Origin: Eledone cirrhosa
Lineage: Eukaryota
Length of the DNA: 64,000 nucleotides
Direction of reading: 5' to 3'
Assembly (NCBI GenBank): GCA_964016885.1
Contig: OZ024746.1
Span: 69,316,001-69,380,000, forward strand
Part shown: piece after piece, positions 24,815 to 37,682 of the stretch
How positions within the stretch are numbered: the first letter of the stretch is position 1
Layout: each line of letters opens with the position of its first letter
Notes under the pieces: model-generated
The model's database searches: none
The model's input: only the letters and a program-made list of their open reading frames with translations
Told to the model about the DNA's origin: nothing
Made by a program: the position numbers and the translations under genes

Positions 24815-26920
24815 TCTTATTGGTTGTCCATCGTAAATGATGATGACATCTTCTTCATTGTTGTTCCCGTCTGCCGTGGGCGCGAAGGTGGCTGTGGAGG
24901 ACGATCCTTGACTTGCAAGTCCGGAGACAGTGGGGACAGGAGAAGATACCGGAGTCGCTTGGGCAGCTGCTGATGCCTTTCTCCTCCTTTTACGGGCTTC
25001 ATTGACCTCTGCCCGTCTCTTCTCTTCAAAAGAGTCTTTGGCGCGTCTGGTAAGGGCTCGCCACTCAGTCCTGTCCTGAGCATGGGACTGAGTTGTTTTG
25101 GGGCTATTCCAGTGTTGTTGATGCTGGACTTCACACAGTCTTTGAATTTCCTGAGAGGCCTGCCCTGCTTTCGTTTCCCCAAACAGAGTTCCCAATACAT
25201 CAGTTGCTTCGGAAGCCTGTGATCGTCCATCCGGATTACATATTCCACCCATCGAAGTTGGCTCTTCAGTATCATAGCTTCGACACTGGTTGTCTCAGCC
25301 ATGTCAAGAACATCGAGGTTGGAGACCTTGTCCTGCCATTTGATGTTCATGATTGACCGCAGGCTGCGAATGTGGAACCGTTTCAGCTGCTTCAGGTACC
25401 TTCTGTACAGGGTTCATGTCTCACATGCGTAGAGGAGGCTGGTGAGAACAACGGCCCTGTACACCTTGAGCTTGGTGGACTGCCTGATGTTGTGCTGGTT
25501 CAGAACGCGTGTCCTCAGGCGGCCAAGGGCTTGACTGGCCTTGCCGGTCCTGGCGTTTATCTCCTTGTCGAGGCTTCCATCGCTGCTGATGACACTGCCG
25601 AGGTACTTGAAGTCGTCCACCGTCTTTAGCTGGGTGCCTCCGATGGAGATGAAAGGAGGGTGGGCGACGGAGGCAGGTGCAGGCTGGAACAGGACCTCAG
25701 TCTTGCCAAGGCTAATTGTGAGACCGAAAAGGCAGGAGGACTCCGCGAACTTGTTGACGATGACTTGGAGGCCAGACTCCCTGTGGGCCATGAGGGCACA
25801 GTCATCAGCAAAATGTGCCTCCAGGACGATCCTCTGTACGGTCCTTGTCTTGGCCGTCAGGCGCCGCAGGTCAAAAGGGAGCCGTCCAGTCTGTATCGCA
25901 GATACACTCCGCGCTCGAGGTCCCCGACGGCATGATTGAGCACGCAGGTGAAGAACAGGTTGAAGAGGACGGGAGCCAGCACGCATCCTTGCTTGACGCC
26001 GTTGGTGATTCCGAACGGCTCCAATGCCTCTCCGCCCGAGCGTACCTGCCCGGTTATGTCGTCATGGAATTGCCGTATCAGGTTCACAAGTTGGTCGGGC
26101 ATCCAAACTTCGACAGGATCGACCAGAGGGCCTCCCTGTTGACAGTGTCGAAGGCCTTCGTCAAGTCTATGAAGACGGCAAAGTGATCCATGTTCTGCTC
26201 GACACACTTCTCCTGCACCTGGCGTACAGAGAAGATCATGTCGATCGTGCTGCGGTTTGGGCGGAACCCACACTGAGCCTCAGGCAGGTTGTCCTCCGAG
26301 ATGTTGGCGATTGAGCATGACCCGAGCCAGGACCTTCCAGCGATGGACAGGAGAGAGATGCCCCGATAGTTGCCACAGTCAGTTTTGCTGCCTCTGTTCT
26401 TAAAAAGCGAGACAACTGTGGAATCCCTGAAGTCTTTGGGCACCTCTTCTTCCTCCCATATGCTGGAGAGGAGGGTGTGGAAGGCCCCCAGGGCAGTTGG
26501 ACCGGCGGACTTGAAGATCTCGACTAGGGACTTCCTTGGCTGCAGTGGATGGCCACGACGTCTGTAGTGCCTTGCCGTGCCCTAGCGCTCCACACCGCTT
26601 GCTGTCGCCGCCTTCGTGAGTGTTGGGACGATGTTGTCCTCCTCCACTCACACCGCCGGGTCCAGTCTTCGCATGCAGGGGTAGGCATCTCCTATCTAAC
26701 TCACCGGGCGGTTTCAGACCCGTCCGGCTACCCTCAACCTGGTTCAGCCCGCCAGCCAAGGCGGTTTACCGGGGTGAGGCCGCTGACGCATGCTACAGCT
26801 TCTTGGGACCACAGGTGAGAGCTGAGTGTCAGGTGGGACCCAATGCAGGACGAGCTGTCCTGAAAGGGCATGGCTGGCTCCCCCCCCCCCCTACAGAGGT
26901 ACATGCTCCTCTCTGACACC
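24815..26920 (-). mobile_element. RTE-clade LINE, internally deleted (5'UTR fused to RT), GC-rich
   Basis: CGNYRGISLLS, QCGFRPNRSTIDMIF, FIDLTKAFDTVNR, GVKQGCVLAP, FADD, FKYLGS, LPKQLMYWEL; no endonuclease between the 5'UTR (about 26530-26920) and EIFKSAGP. Confidence 0.92.
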
Positions 26921-26989
26921 CCAGGCATGTACACACGCATATACATACACATACATATGTACATGTGTATATACATATTTACACATTTT

Positions 26990-27177
26990 AGGATAGCCGT
27001 TGACTCTTATGAGTTCTTCCGTCCTTTGTCATTTTTTTTTTGTCCTGCAGGGTGTCCAAAATCCTCCTCCTCACCAAGTAAACTTGGTGGAGTTACCAGT
27101 TTTAGTCGCCGACGACCCGACCATGCGACAGGTTGTACTGATTTACATGTTTCCAGTAGCACCAACTGGTGACCTGA
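26990..27177 (-). repeat. dispersed repeat, inverted copy of 46846-47036 (RTE-type 5'UTR-like)
   Basis: reverse complement matches tcaggtcaccagttggtgctactgg...cctgcagga...ctcttaagagtcaa. Confidence 0.8.
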
Positions 27178-27545
27178 AACATCAACACCATGTAGCATCC
27201 AGTAAAACAACGACGCCAGGAAAATAAGTACAACAAACTGAAATCTTTTGGAGAATAACATTTTCACTAAAAACGAAGTAATAAAAGAATTATTAAATTA
27301 AATAGTACCTGCAAAATCTCTGCCAACACGGCATTGTTGCGTGATAATTTCTCGGCAATTGGCTAAACTTCCAGTTTGTGTGATGATAAAGTAAATACCG
27401 AAGCGAAAATGTTTTTATATCAAGATTTACAATCATTTAAAGTCTATTAAAACATGTACATATCTGTGCTTACAAGTAAGATAATTTTTTAACTTTGATT
27501 TAATATCATTTTCGATACATTCAAGTGAGATAAACATATTTGCCA

Positions 27546-28340
<795 letters not shown>

Positions 28341-28471
28341 TACATAACATGTACATAAATTGTAGAGCATATACAAATGTTATTATTGTGGGGGATCGTG
28401 GTTCTCCTGCCCCCCCCCCCCCCAGTTACACCGCTCCCCGATACCCCCCCCCCCATATATATATATATATA

Positions 28472-28543
28472 CAGGGTGTCCCCAAGAAAAGTATACATAT
28501 TTCAACAGTATTCTAATAAAAGTGTGTATACATTTTTGGGGAT
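28472..28543. mobile_element. short Tc1/mariner-like MITE remnant
   Basis: TA-cagggtgtccccaa..aaagtataca ... tgtatacatttttgggga inverted termini. Confidence 0.45.
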
Positions 28544-28544
28544 A

Positions 28545-28623
<79 letters not shown>

Positions 28624-28632
28624 ATGAGTGTG

Positions 28633-28663
<31 letters not shown>

Positions 28664-29339
28664 ATGTGTATGTAGCGAACTCATCGGTGGCTTAATTTTT
28701 TTATGTTTAGGGAAATGCCTCGGTTCAATATCCCACACTAAAACATTGTCCAAAATACCCATGATGACACCTCGGGGTATATAATACCCAACACTGGTCC
28801 CTCTCTCTCTTTTTCACCAGATTTAGCTGCTGTTTCAATAATGCACTGGAATAATTTCTAGTCTTTAGAAACAATTATAATACGTTTTTTTTAGAAACAA
28901 TTATAAGTTTTTTTCTAACTAGAGACCTGGTTCAAACTTTTGCTATATAACAGTACATCATGGTATTCAGTTATCTTTGCTATATAGTAGATACTACTAA
29001 AAGCGCCAAAAGGTTCAGGTGATTATGTTACACTGGTGGTAGACTTAATCTGCCACCCAGATTATTCAACGAATATCTTAATTTACCACCCAAAGACAGG
29101 TAAAGTTCTTCCAACGTACTTTCGTAGTTTCCGTCTAACCAATTTTACTCAAGGCTTTAGTCAACCCTTCATTACAGAAAAAAAAAGACTCTTGCCCAAG
29201 GTGCCACAGAATGGAATCGAACCCAGAACCATGTAATTATTCAACGAACATCTTAATCCCACGGCAATGCCGACGACAATTGTCTGGATAGGACCGAAAA
29301 CTACGGATATCTTGGAGTATTTTATTTTTAATTTAGACC

Positions 29340-29660
29340 AGTAACTTGTAGTAGGGTCGTAGGGGTGTGGTTGTGACATACAGCATTTCTTGAGCATTTT
29401 GTTTAAACCTGGTAGAGCCCACCCCTTCTCTAGATCTGGATACGGCTAATTACTTCCAGAGTAGGAAAATTGTGTAATAGAAAAGAAATGAGAAATGAGA
29501 TTTAGAGGATGAATCGACCCCAGGTATATTTTTTATTGACTTCGGAAGAATGAAAGGCAAAGTTGACATCAGCAGGATTTGAACTCAGTGGACAGAGAAC
29601 CAGAACAAATACTGCAAAGCATTCTATCCGATGTACTAATGACTTTGCCAATTTGCCGCC
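29340..29660 (-). mobile_element. degenerate SINE, long-tail variant
   Basis: similar to 6600-6935. Confidence 0.65.
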
Positions 29661-29709
29661 CGATCCTGGAGTATATTACGAATTAAAAAAAACAAAATTG
29701 TTATTCAAA

Positions 29710-30309
29710 GTATGTATGTATGGTAATTGTGTAGTATGTATGTATGGTAATTGTGTAGTATGTATGTATGGTAATATTAAAGTATGTATGTATGGTAATT
29801 GTGTAGTATGTATGTATGGTAATTGTGTAGTATGTATGTATGGTAATTGTGTAGTATGTATGTATGGTAATATTAAAGTATGTATGTATGGTAATTGTGT
29901 AGTATGTATGTATGGTAATTGTGTAGTATGTATGTATGGTAATTGTGTAGTATGTATGTATGGTAATTGTGTAGTATGTATGTATGGTAATTGTGTAGTA
30001 TGTATGTATGGTAATTGTGTAGTATGTATGTATGGTAATTGTGTAGTATGTATGTATGGTAATTGTGTAGTATGTATGTATGGTAATTGTGTAGTATGTA
30101 TGTATGGTAATTGTGTAGTATGTATGTATGGTAATTGTGTAGTATGTATGTATGGTAATTGTGTAGTATGTATGTATGGTAATTGTGTAGTATGTATGTA
30201 TGGTAATTGTGTAGTATGTATGTATGGTAATTGTGTAGTATGTATGTATGGTAATTGTGTAGTATGTATGTATGGTAATTGTGTAGTATGTATGTATGGT
30301 AATATTAAA
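29710..30309. repeat. 24-bp minisatellite (gtatgtatgtatggtaattgtgta), about 25 copies, with variant ...aatattaaa
   Basis: direct reading; produces the spurious VCMYGNCV ORF. Confidence 0.97.
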
Positions 30310-30626
30310 GTATGGCTAAATGAAAACTGAATAGAAGAAAGTTATTAGGAAAAATGTTTTCCTATTTAAAGAGAAGCAGAAAATATGCTCAGACGAGAAG
30401 AAAATGAGATTAGTAAAGAGATCACAGTGATTGAGAGATAATTAATATTACAACGAAGGAGATAGAGAATATAATGGAAGTTGTTCAGAAGAGAACACAA
30501 GGGATTTAAGGCTTAAACAATGTAAGCATAAATCTTTTCATAGAAAAGTATTTAAGAGATTAGATCCATAAGGCTATGATTGGTCAGATTGTATATAGAT
30601 TCCAGAAAATTCTGTTTTTATAATAT

Positions 30627-30672
<46 letters not shown>

Positions 30673-31652
30673 TATTTAGTATATATTATATTAATCTACT
30701 GCTATAACTGAAATGAATGGAATCAAAAGTAGTGATAATTTCATTGATGTTATTCCCTGCGATCTGTGATGTTTTGGTCGTAGCAAAGCCTAAAGAAAAG
30801 CTTCCTCGACAATTATGTACACCTAGTGATCTTTGATTTTAAAGTTAATGTATTTACGTATTCACAAGAAAGTGAATGCCTCTTTGACCTCAAAACAGTG
30901 TTTTATGATCTACTTTTCTTCAAAGTAGAAATATTGCCTGTACTGAACACAAACTACGGCCGTCATTCGCAATCGAGTACGACTTAATAGTATGTACCAT
31001 GCATTCACTAAGAGTTTCAGGTGCTTATGTAACCGCGAGCAGATTTACGCTCGACCTTATCATCTTTTGAGCGAGTGGAACAACCAGGATATGATAACTG
31101 GAAGAAGAGGGCTGCACTAGAACAAGGTTGGTACCTTCTTTATCGATCCCGAAAGGTTGATAGGTAACTTGGACCATGGCGGGTTTTGAAATCAAAACGC
31201 TGAGACCCGGAACCAATATCCAATGATTTATCGACTTTGTCAAATCGATCGCCTCTGTGCTGAACAATAGCTATCAAAATGCCATAAACATATCAAGTCG
31301 ACTAAAATACCTTCCACGTATTATCAGTATTGCAAAAACAGCAATTTAAGACTATATATAAACTGTAAATTACACATTACTATCAAAATTACATTTTTGT
31401 ACTCAGTACTCAGCCATGGAGTTGAGTCCATTAACATTCTAGAAACCAAATAAAAGTTGTTGTTAATGAGTTGTATAGAATTGGATATAGAATAAGAAAT
31501 TAAACGAAACAATATACCATCGACTATATATCTGTAAATGTCTTTACACAATAACAACAATATTATTTAACATTTAATGGAATTTGGTGTTAAGGGGCTA
31601 TAAAACTGAAACTATATACCAAAATGGAATTCTTATAATTTATAGGCAGTGT

Positions 31653-31724
<72 letters not shown>

Positions 31725-32599
31725 CCCCCCCCCCCCCCAAGGCTGATGAGATCGAAGTGGTTGGTGATTGTAGAAAAAAAAAAAAGATGGGCAAGTTGGA
31801 ATTTTCAGAGGGACGATGTTTTTGGTAGGGAAGAACTGAGAAAAGTGGTTACTACGAATTTCGGAAGAGGTAGATACAATATGGAAGACGAAAAATATGA
31901 ATAAATCAGAATCTGAAACGCGACCAAGAAACAGTCGTACGTTGAATACTACCAATTACAAGATCTGCAACCGTAAAGAACAGTACATTGCTACTTGAGA
32001 CGAAACTATTACAAGTGTCTTGTAGTTCAAAGCAATATGAATCAAGGAAGATAGTTTTAACAAAATATCCCGTTCAAAAACCCGTTTCAACAAACAAATC
32101 ATTAGTTATGATAGTTGCCGAAACACAATATGCATTAGCAGGCATTTTATCTCAAGTCAAACTTGTAACATTTATTAATAATGCATTTGATGCTATCAAT
32201 ATAATTGAGGCAATATTGAAATATAATGTTCTATAGTCATTTGGTGTGTCTAGAAACCAAGCATTACTTGTTCAGGAAATTATTTTTACTTGACCTTGGT
32301 GGTTTATCTTTCGAAAATAAATACCTTATTAAATTTCAAACTGATAACAGAGTAGAAAAAAAATATTGTCATATGTTTGTTCGATCAGATCTGAGACTGG
32401 GCAACAACATTTGCAGTTTGTTTGTTAATAGTTTTAAACTACGACTGGTAATACACGTGATGGTCTTCGTGAATCTTGAGGAAAGCCAAGAGGTCTCTCA
32501 AAACCTGTTAAATACAAGCCTTGCTGAACGTTAATGTCTCTCGACTACTTTTACTGTACATAATATTGAGATAAGTTTAAAGTATTCATTATAATTCTA

Positions 32600-32825
32600 C
32601 AATTGTATTAAGTCCTTTACAGACCCGCCAACCTCTAAAAACCCAAACGGGGAGTACCATGGAAAAAAGTGCCCCAAGACGGGGAGAAATGAGGCAAAAT
32701 GGAGAGATTTTGCATAATGAAAGCTATACCCATTTTCACAAGAGAAGGCATCTCTCATCCACTCCAAGGTGGGTGGCAAGTCCCCTCGTCGGACGTGGAG
32801 AGTTGACAGGTCTGCCTTTATTTAG
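32600..32825 (+). repeat. unclassified dispersed repeat; inverted copy at 53160-53375
   Basis: gagtaccatggaaaaaagtgccccaagacggggagaaatgaggcaaaatggagagatttt matches the reverse complement of 53275-53335. Confidence 0.8.
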
Positions 32826-33171
32826 TCAATGTCCGTTGCTTTCAAGCATACATAAGCGATGGAATATATGTAAAGAAGTAGAGTAGAGTCAGTGAAAATT
32901 TAAAAAAAGGAAGCCCGCTGCTATATTCAATTTATCTTAAGATAATATTTCAGCTTTATTTGAGATTGTTTCAAGGTCGGAGTAGACCAGTTTATATATG
33001 TTAGATATTTAGTACATCGGTCTGAACAATTAATTGTATGCATTTAGAGCAATTTCGATAAAACGGAAGCTTTTTGTTAGTGTTTATAAGCCTTATCAAC
33101 TTTCTTGTTTATCAATTCAATCACAATTTTCGTAAAAGCCGCAAGAGTCTAACTTACTTTTACTAAATTAT

Positions 33172-33366
33172 AAATAATTGTTTCTACCTTTGGCACAAGG
33201 CCAGCAATTACCCAGTGTATTACTGGTACTTTATTTTATCGACCCCGTAAGGATGAAAGGCAAAGTTAACCTCGGCGGGATTTGAACTCAGAATGGCAAG
33301 GGCCGTAACTCAATGCTTCAAAGCATGGCGACTGACCCTTTACTGATACTGTCAATCCAATGGCCC
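33172..33366 (-). mobile_element. SINE
   Basis: full head and central domain. Confidence 0.88.
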
Positions 33367-33513
33367 TAATTTCATCACTCACAACTAATTATCAATCAAT
33401 TAAAAAAAAAATAATATTCATAGTCAACTTTGTTTTCCGTTTAACCTCCCTTTTCCATTTAGCGCAACAATGTTTATTGTATGCAGGTTGTTGTTGTTGT
33501 CGGAGTCGTCGCC

Positions 33514-33545
<32 letters not shown>

Positions 33546-33825
33546 GTTCCAGTTCACCTCTGCCTATGATGACGCACGATCAGTACTACATTATCCAGTG
33601 TGTACTCGATTTTCAATATGACAACGTGTAATTTGATGGAAGTTTGGCTGCTATTTTTTGCAAGTCAAACGAGTGACCACTTAGATATCAAACAGGTTAA
33701 ATGGCGAAATCGATTATCGAGTCCCGTCTTTCATGTTCGCGTCAACCAATTGTCAACATTTAATACTACAAAGAAACTACCAACAGCACGTACCTCGTCC
33801 AATAAACTTTGGAGATAACTATTCC

Positions 33826-33901
33826 TATGTATGTATGTATGTATGTATGTATGTATGTATGTATGTATGTATGTATGTATGTATGTATGTATGTATGTAT
33901 G
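33826..33901. repeat. (TATG)n microsatellite at a LINE 3' end
   Basis: direct reading. Confidence 0.97.
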
Positions 33902-34143
33902 TTTCTCTTTCTCTTAAATTTTAGTACATTTTTGACCGGCCACCTTCCTGGTGGCAAGGTTGTAAAATAAAATAAATTGTCATTCCTTGAATCGCAAGAA
34001 TGCTTTGAAAACTTTGAAGGTGCCAGGCCAGCTATTGCAGCCATTTGTAGTCTGTGAATTAGGGAGCGGCGCTCTTTGTCCATAAATCCAAGTTCAGTTA
34101 TACTTTGCTCCAAGCGGGTTGGTATATACCTGTAGCTCCAAGG
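33902..34143 (-). mobile_element. 3' end of an R4/Dong-like LINE
   Basis: close similarity to 43832-44068 (ELGF.DK.RRSLIH.LQMAAIAG plus 3' UTR). Confidence 0.88.
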
Positions 34144-34149
34144 CGCGCT

Positions 34150-34790
34150 TTATTAACATTTCTGTCGCCTCTCTCGTTCGCACCCTCCTCTCACTGATGA
34201 GCCCTGATCTCACCCACCCAAGTACAGTGGTCGAATCAGTGCGAATCTCTATGGTACGCAGCCCCATCTCAGGGCAAGATTCACTCCCCTCAATACGGCG
34301 CCCAATACGGCCAAGTTGAAGTGGTTACAGTTCACCTTCTTCCTGAGCCAGGTAGCGTCTTCAACCTCGACACTTTCTATGTCCAGAGCGACCCCTAGCG
34401 CTATGCTGCTGGAATAACACCATACAGTTCTGTTCTCCGATTTGGGGACGTACCAGTTTCCTCTTATTGGGTCATCCGCCTTTACCCTCTCCACGATCTC
34501 CCGCATCATGGTCATTGTCCTCTCTTCTACCCTGTCTCTCCAGCTCAGCCAGTCCGCTCGTCTCTTGACATAGCTGCATGCTGTTCGGAACCACCCTGCG
34601 ATTGGATAGTGGCCCACGAATTTCGCGCACATTGAGAAAAGTTCTCGTCTGTCCATGTCGGTGTCCAGTTCTGGGACTTCATTTCCCCTTCGAAATATCA
34701 GTGTGCCCGTCTTGTCTCTTCACAGCTTGAGTCCCAGTGTGGCTCCCCCTTCCATCGCCCTTGGCGGTTTCGCGGTTAACCCGAACCTTT
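34150..34790 (-). mobile_element. LTR retrotransposon (Gypsy-like) RT-RNase H fragment
   Basis: RRELFSMC..FVGHYPIAGW.R.ACS..KR; VWC(D>Y)SSSIALGVAL; VEDATWLRK...H.NLA.L.AV..G.NLAL.WG (RNase H motifs, degenerate). Confidence 0.7.
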
Positions 34791-35399
34791 CTAAGTGCGC
34801 TTTGTGGTATTTGTTCCGGCTCTTTAAATTCTGAGTTCAAATCCTGCCATCTTCAACTTTACCTTCCACAAATAGCTAGCCTTGTTTCAAAACCAGAAAT
34901 CATTATTACACCAGAAGATATCATCTGAAGTCATTAAATAACACTTCTAATTGGGAAATTAAAAATAATGTCTCTGTTAATTTCATATGAATTGTTAGGA
35001 TATATCAGGCATCATTTCAAAACAAAGGATAATGTATGAATTCTTCACAAAGAATCTAAACAATACGAAAAGATCACGTTTGTAAATAACCGATTAGTAG
35101 AAATTGCATCGGTGGTGGAGTGGTAAAAATATGAACAACTTCAAAATGGCGTTATTCTCAATCGGCGTACATCAAATCAGTATAAAATCAGGGCAGCTTG
35201 TACAGGTCCATATGCTATCAAATTATCACACTACACTGAATAGTCTCTTTATTTTATTTTATCATGTTTTAGGTTATTTCATTTATATTTTATTTTATTT
35301 ATATATTTTATATAGAAACCACTACATAAAGAACTTATATATAATTAGCCTAGCTTGTAGGTCTAGATAATGTAGGTTATCTAGAGAAATAGTATAAAA

Positions 35400-35927
35400 G
35401 ATGCAGAAAGACAAAAAAGGTGAAGAAAAAGGAGAGAATGATATAAATAAAAGAGGTTCTAATGGAGAAACGATAACAGACGACAGTAGGTAAGAAGCAA
35501 AATGAAAAAAAGTATTGCAATGAAGAAATAAGGGAACGGAAGAAAGGCAGGAAGAAGCTTCAAGATAAGAGATAAAGGACTACTGAAAATGGAAGATGAA
35601 AAGTGAAGGGTTGAAGAGAATGAAGAAACAGAATATGTAAATAAAAATAGAAAATGTAAAAGAAAGAAAAATGAAGGTAAAGAAAAAGAACAGACGAAAG
35701 AAGATAGAATATTTGGATGAAGATGAAGGAGAAAACAAAGAGAAAGTGATAAAGAAGTAAGAAAATTGAGAGTGGGAGAGAGAGACTGAGGGAAAGAGAG
35801 AAGGAAAAAGAGAGGGGGAGAATAAAAGAGAGAAGGTAAGCAAGAGAGAAAAAGAGAAAAAGAGAAAAAGAGAAAAAGAGAAAAAGAGAAAAAGAGAAAA
35901 AGAGAAAAAGAGAAAAAGAGAAAAAAA
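35400..35927. repeat. purine-rich low-complexity tract with an (agagaaaa)n array at 35843-35927
   Basis: direct reading. Confidence 0.9.
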
Positions 35928-36029
35928 TATTTTGTTGAAAGAAGTAACACTCTACGTTTGAGTTCTCCATTGAAACCCTCAACATTGCTTCAACTGAAAT
36001 TCTGTCTTAGAAGTTAATGAAACAATTGT

Positions 36030-37315
36030 TAATTTTACTGTATTACAGAGCTGTTCTTACAGATGTTCTATCACATTGATTTACAGTGTTGTATACTAAC
36101 CTACAATATTACCGTATTACAGAGTTGTTCTAACAGATTTTCTATCGTTATCGATTTATACTGGACGTAGGCAGTGAATTGGCAGAGTCGTTAGAACGTC
36201 GGATAGAATGCTTTATGGTATTCGTTTCGGTTCTCTGCTCTCTGAGTTCAAATCCTACCGAGGTCAACTTTGCCTTTCATCCTTTCGAGGTCGATAAAAA
36301 AAGTAGCAGTCTAGTACTGGGGTAGATTCTTCCCCTTTCTGGAAGAAATCTGCTGTACTCAGTCCCGGAGAGGGATGGGCTCCGCCAGGCTTAAAATGGC
36401 CAAGAAACGCCGTATGTCAAAATGGCACCCCTACAACTCTATCAGGAGTTACAGGACCATACAATACATACTGAACCTAAAATATTACAGTATTACAGAT
36501 CTGTTCTTACAGATGTTATATCACATTGATCTACAGTGTTGTATACTAAACCTGTGGAGGCACGTGGCCTAGTGGTAAGGGTGTTGGACTTACGACCATA
36601 ATGTCGTGGGCTCGATTCCTGGGTTGCGTGTTGTGTTCTTGAGCAAAACACTTCATTTCACATTGCTCCAGTATACTCAGCTGAAAATGAGTACCAGCAA
36701 TAGCTGGAGGTTTAACCCTGCGATGGACTGGCGTCCCGTCCAGGAGGAAGTCTTGTACTCTCAGTCGCTTCATGCCATGAAACCGGGATAAGCACCGGCC
36801 AAAAGAGCCTTCTGGCTTAAGACAGACTTTAGACTTTTTTTTAGATACTAAACCTACAATATAACAGTATTACAGAGATGTTCTAACAGATTTTCTATTG
36901 TTATCGATTTACAGTGGTGTATACTAAACGTAGGCGGCGAATTGGCAGAGTCGTTAGAGCATTGTATAGAATGCTTTATGACATTCGTTCCGGCTCTCTG
37001 CTCTCTGAGTTCAAATCCCACCGAGGTCAACTTTGCCTTTCATCATCTCGAGGTCGATAAAAAAAAAGTAGCAGTCTAGTACTGGGGTCGATTTTTTTCT
37101 CTCTCTAGAAGAAATCTGTTGTACTCAGTCCTGGAGAGGGATGGGCTCAGTCAGGCTTAAAATGCCCAAGAAACGCACAGATCTGTTCTTACAGCTGTTC
37201 TATCACATTGATTTACAGTGGTGTATACTAAACCTACAATATAACAGTATTACAGAGTTGTTCTTACAGATTTCCTATCGTTATCGATTTACAGTGGTGT
37301 ATACTGAACCTACAA
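36030..37315. repeat. ~75-bp tandem repeat interrupted by three SINEs (36168-36455, 36553-36830, 36930-37177)
   Basis: recurring aacctacaatat.acagtattacagag.tgttct.acagat.ttctatc..a..gatttacagtg.tgtatact units between SINE copies. Confidence 0.8.
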
Positions 37316-37444
37316 TAATTAAGTGTTTTTTGTCAAGAATACAATGCTATTGACAAGTATTTGACCTCTTGTTAGTAGTCTGATCTCATACCACAACAAC
37401 TCGACCGTACACAAATCTGTCTTTAAATATTAGAGAAACACTGA

Positions 37445-37682
37445 GTGGTAGATTGGCAGAATCGTTAGAGCATCGAAGAAAATGGCGTAGGCTATTTTAT
37501 TGATTCATTTTACGTTTCTGAGTTGAAATGCCGCCAGTGTCGACTTTGTCTTTCATCTTTTCGGGGTCGATAAAATAAGTACCATTAGTCAAGAACAGAG
37601 GTCAGCTTAATCGATTCTAGACCCCCTCCAATCACTACCACCACCAATTGTGTAGCCATATGCTAATGTTAGAAAACAATAT
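37445..37682 (+). mobile_element. degenerate SINE
   Basis: ctttcatcttttcggggtcgataaaataagtacc domain and agaaaacaat tail. Confidence 0.7.

Noticed and set aside
26530-26900. HDV-like ribozyme in the RTE 5'UTR
   Set aside because: I could build only simple hairpins, not the nested double pseudoknot
29563-30330. Cys-rich repeat protein (VCMYGNCV)n
   Set aside because: The frame begins inside a SINE and stays open only because the 24-bp unit lacks a stop
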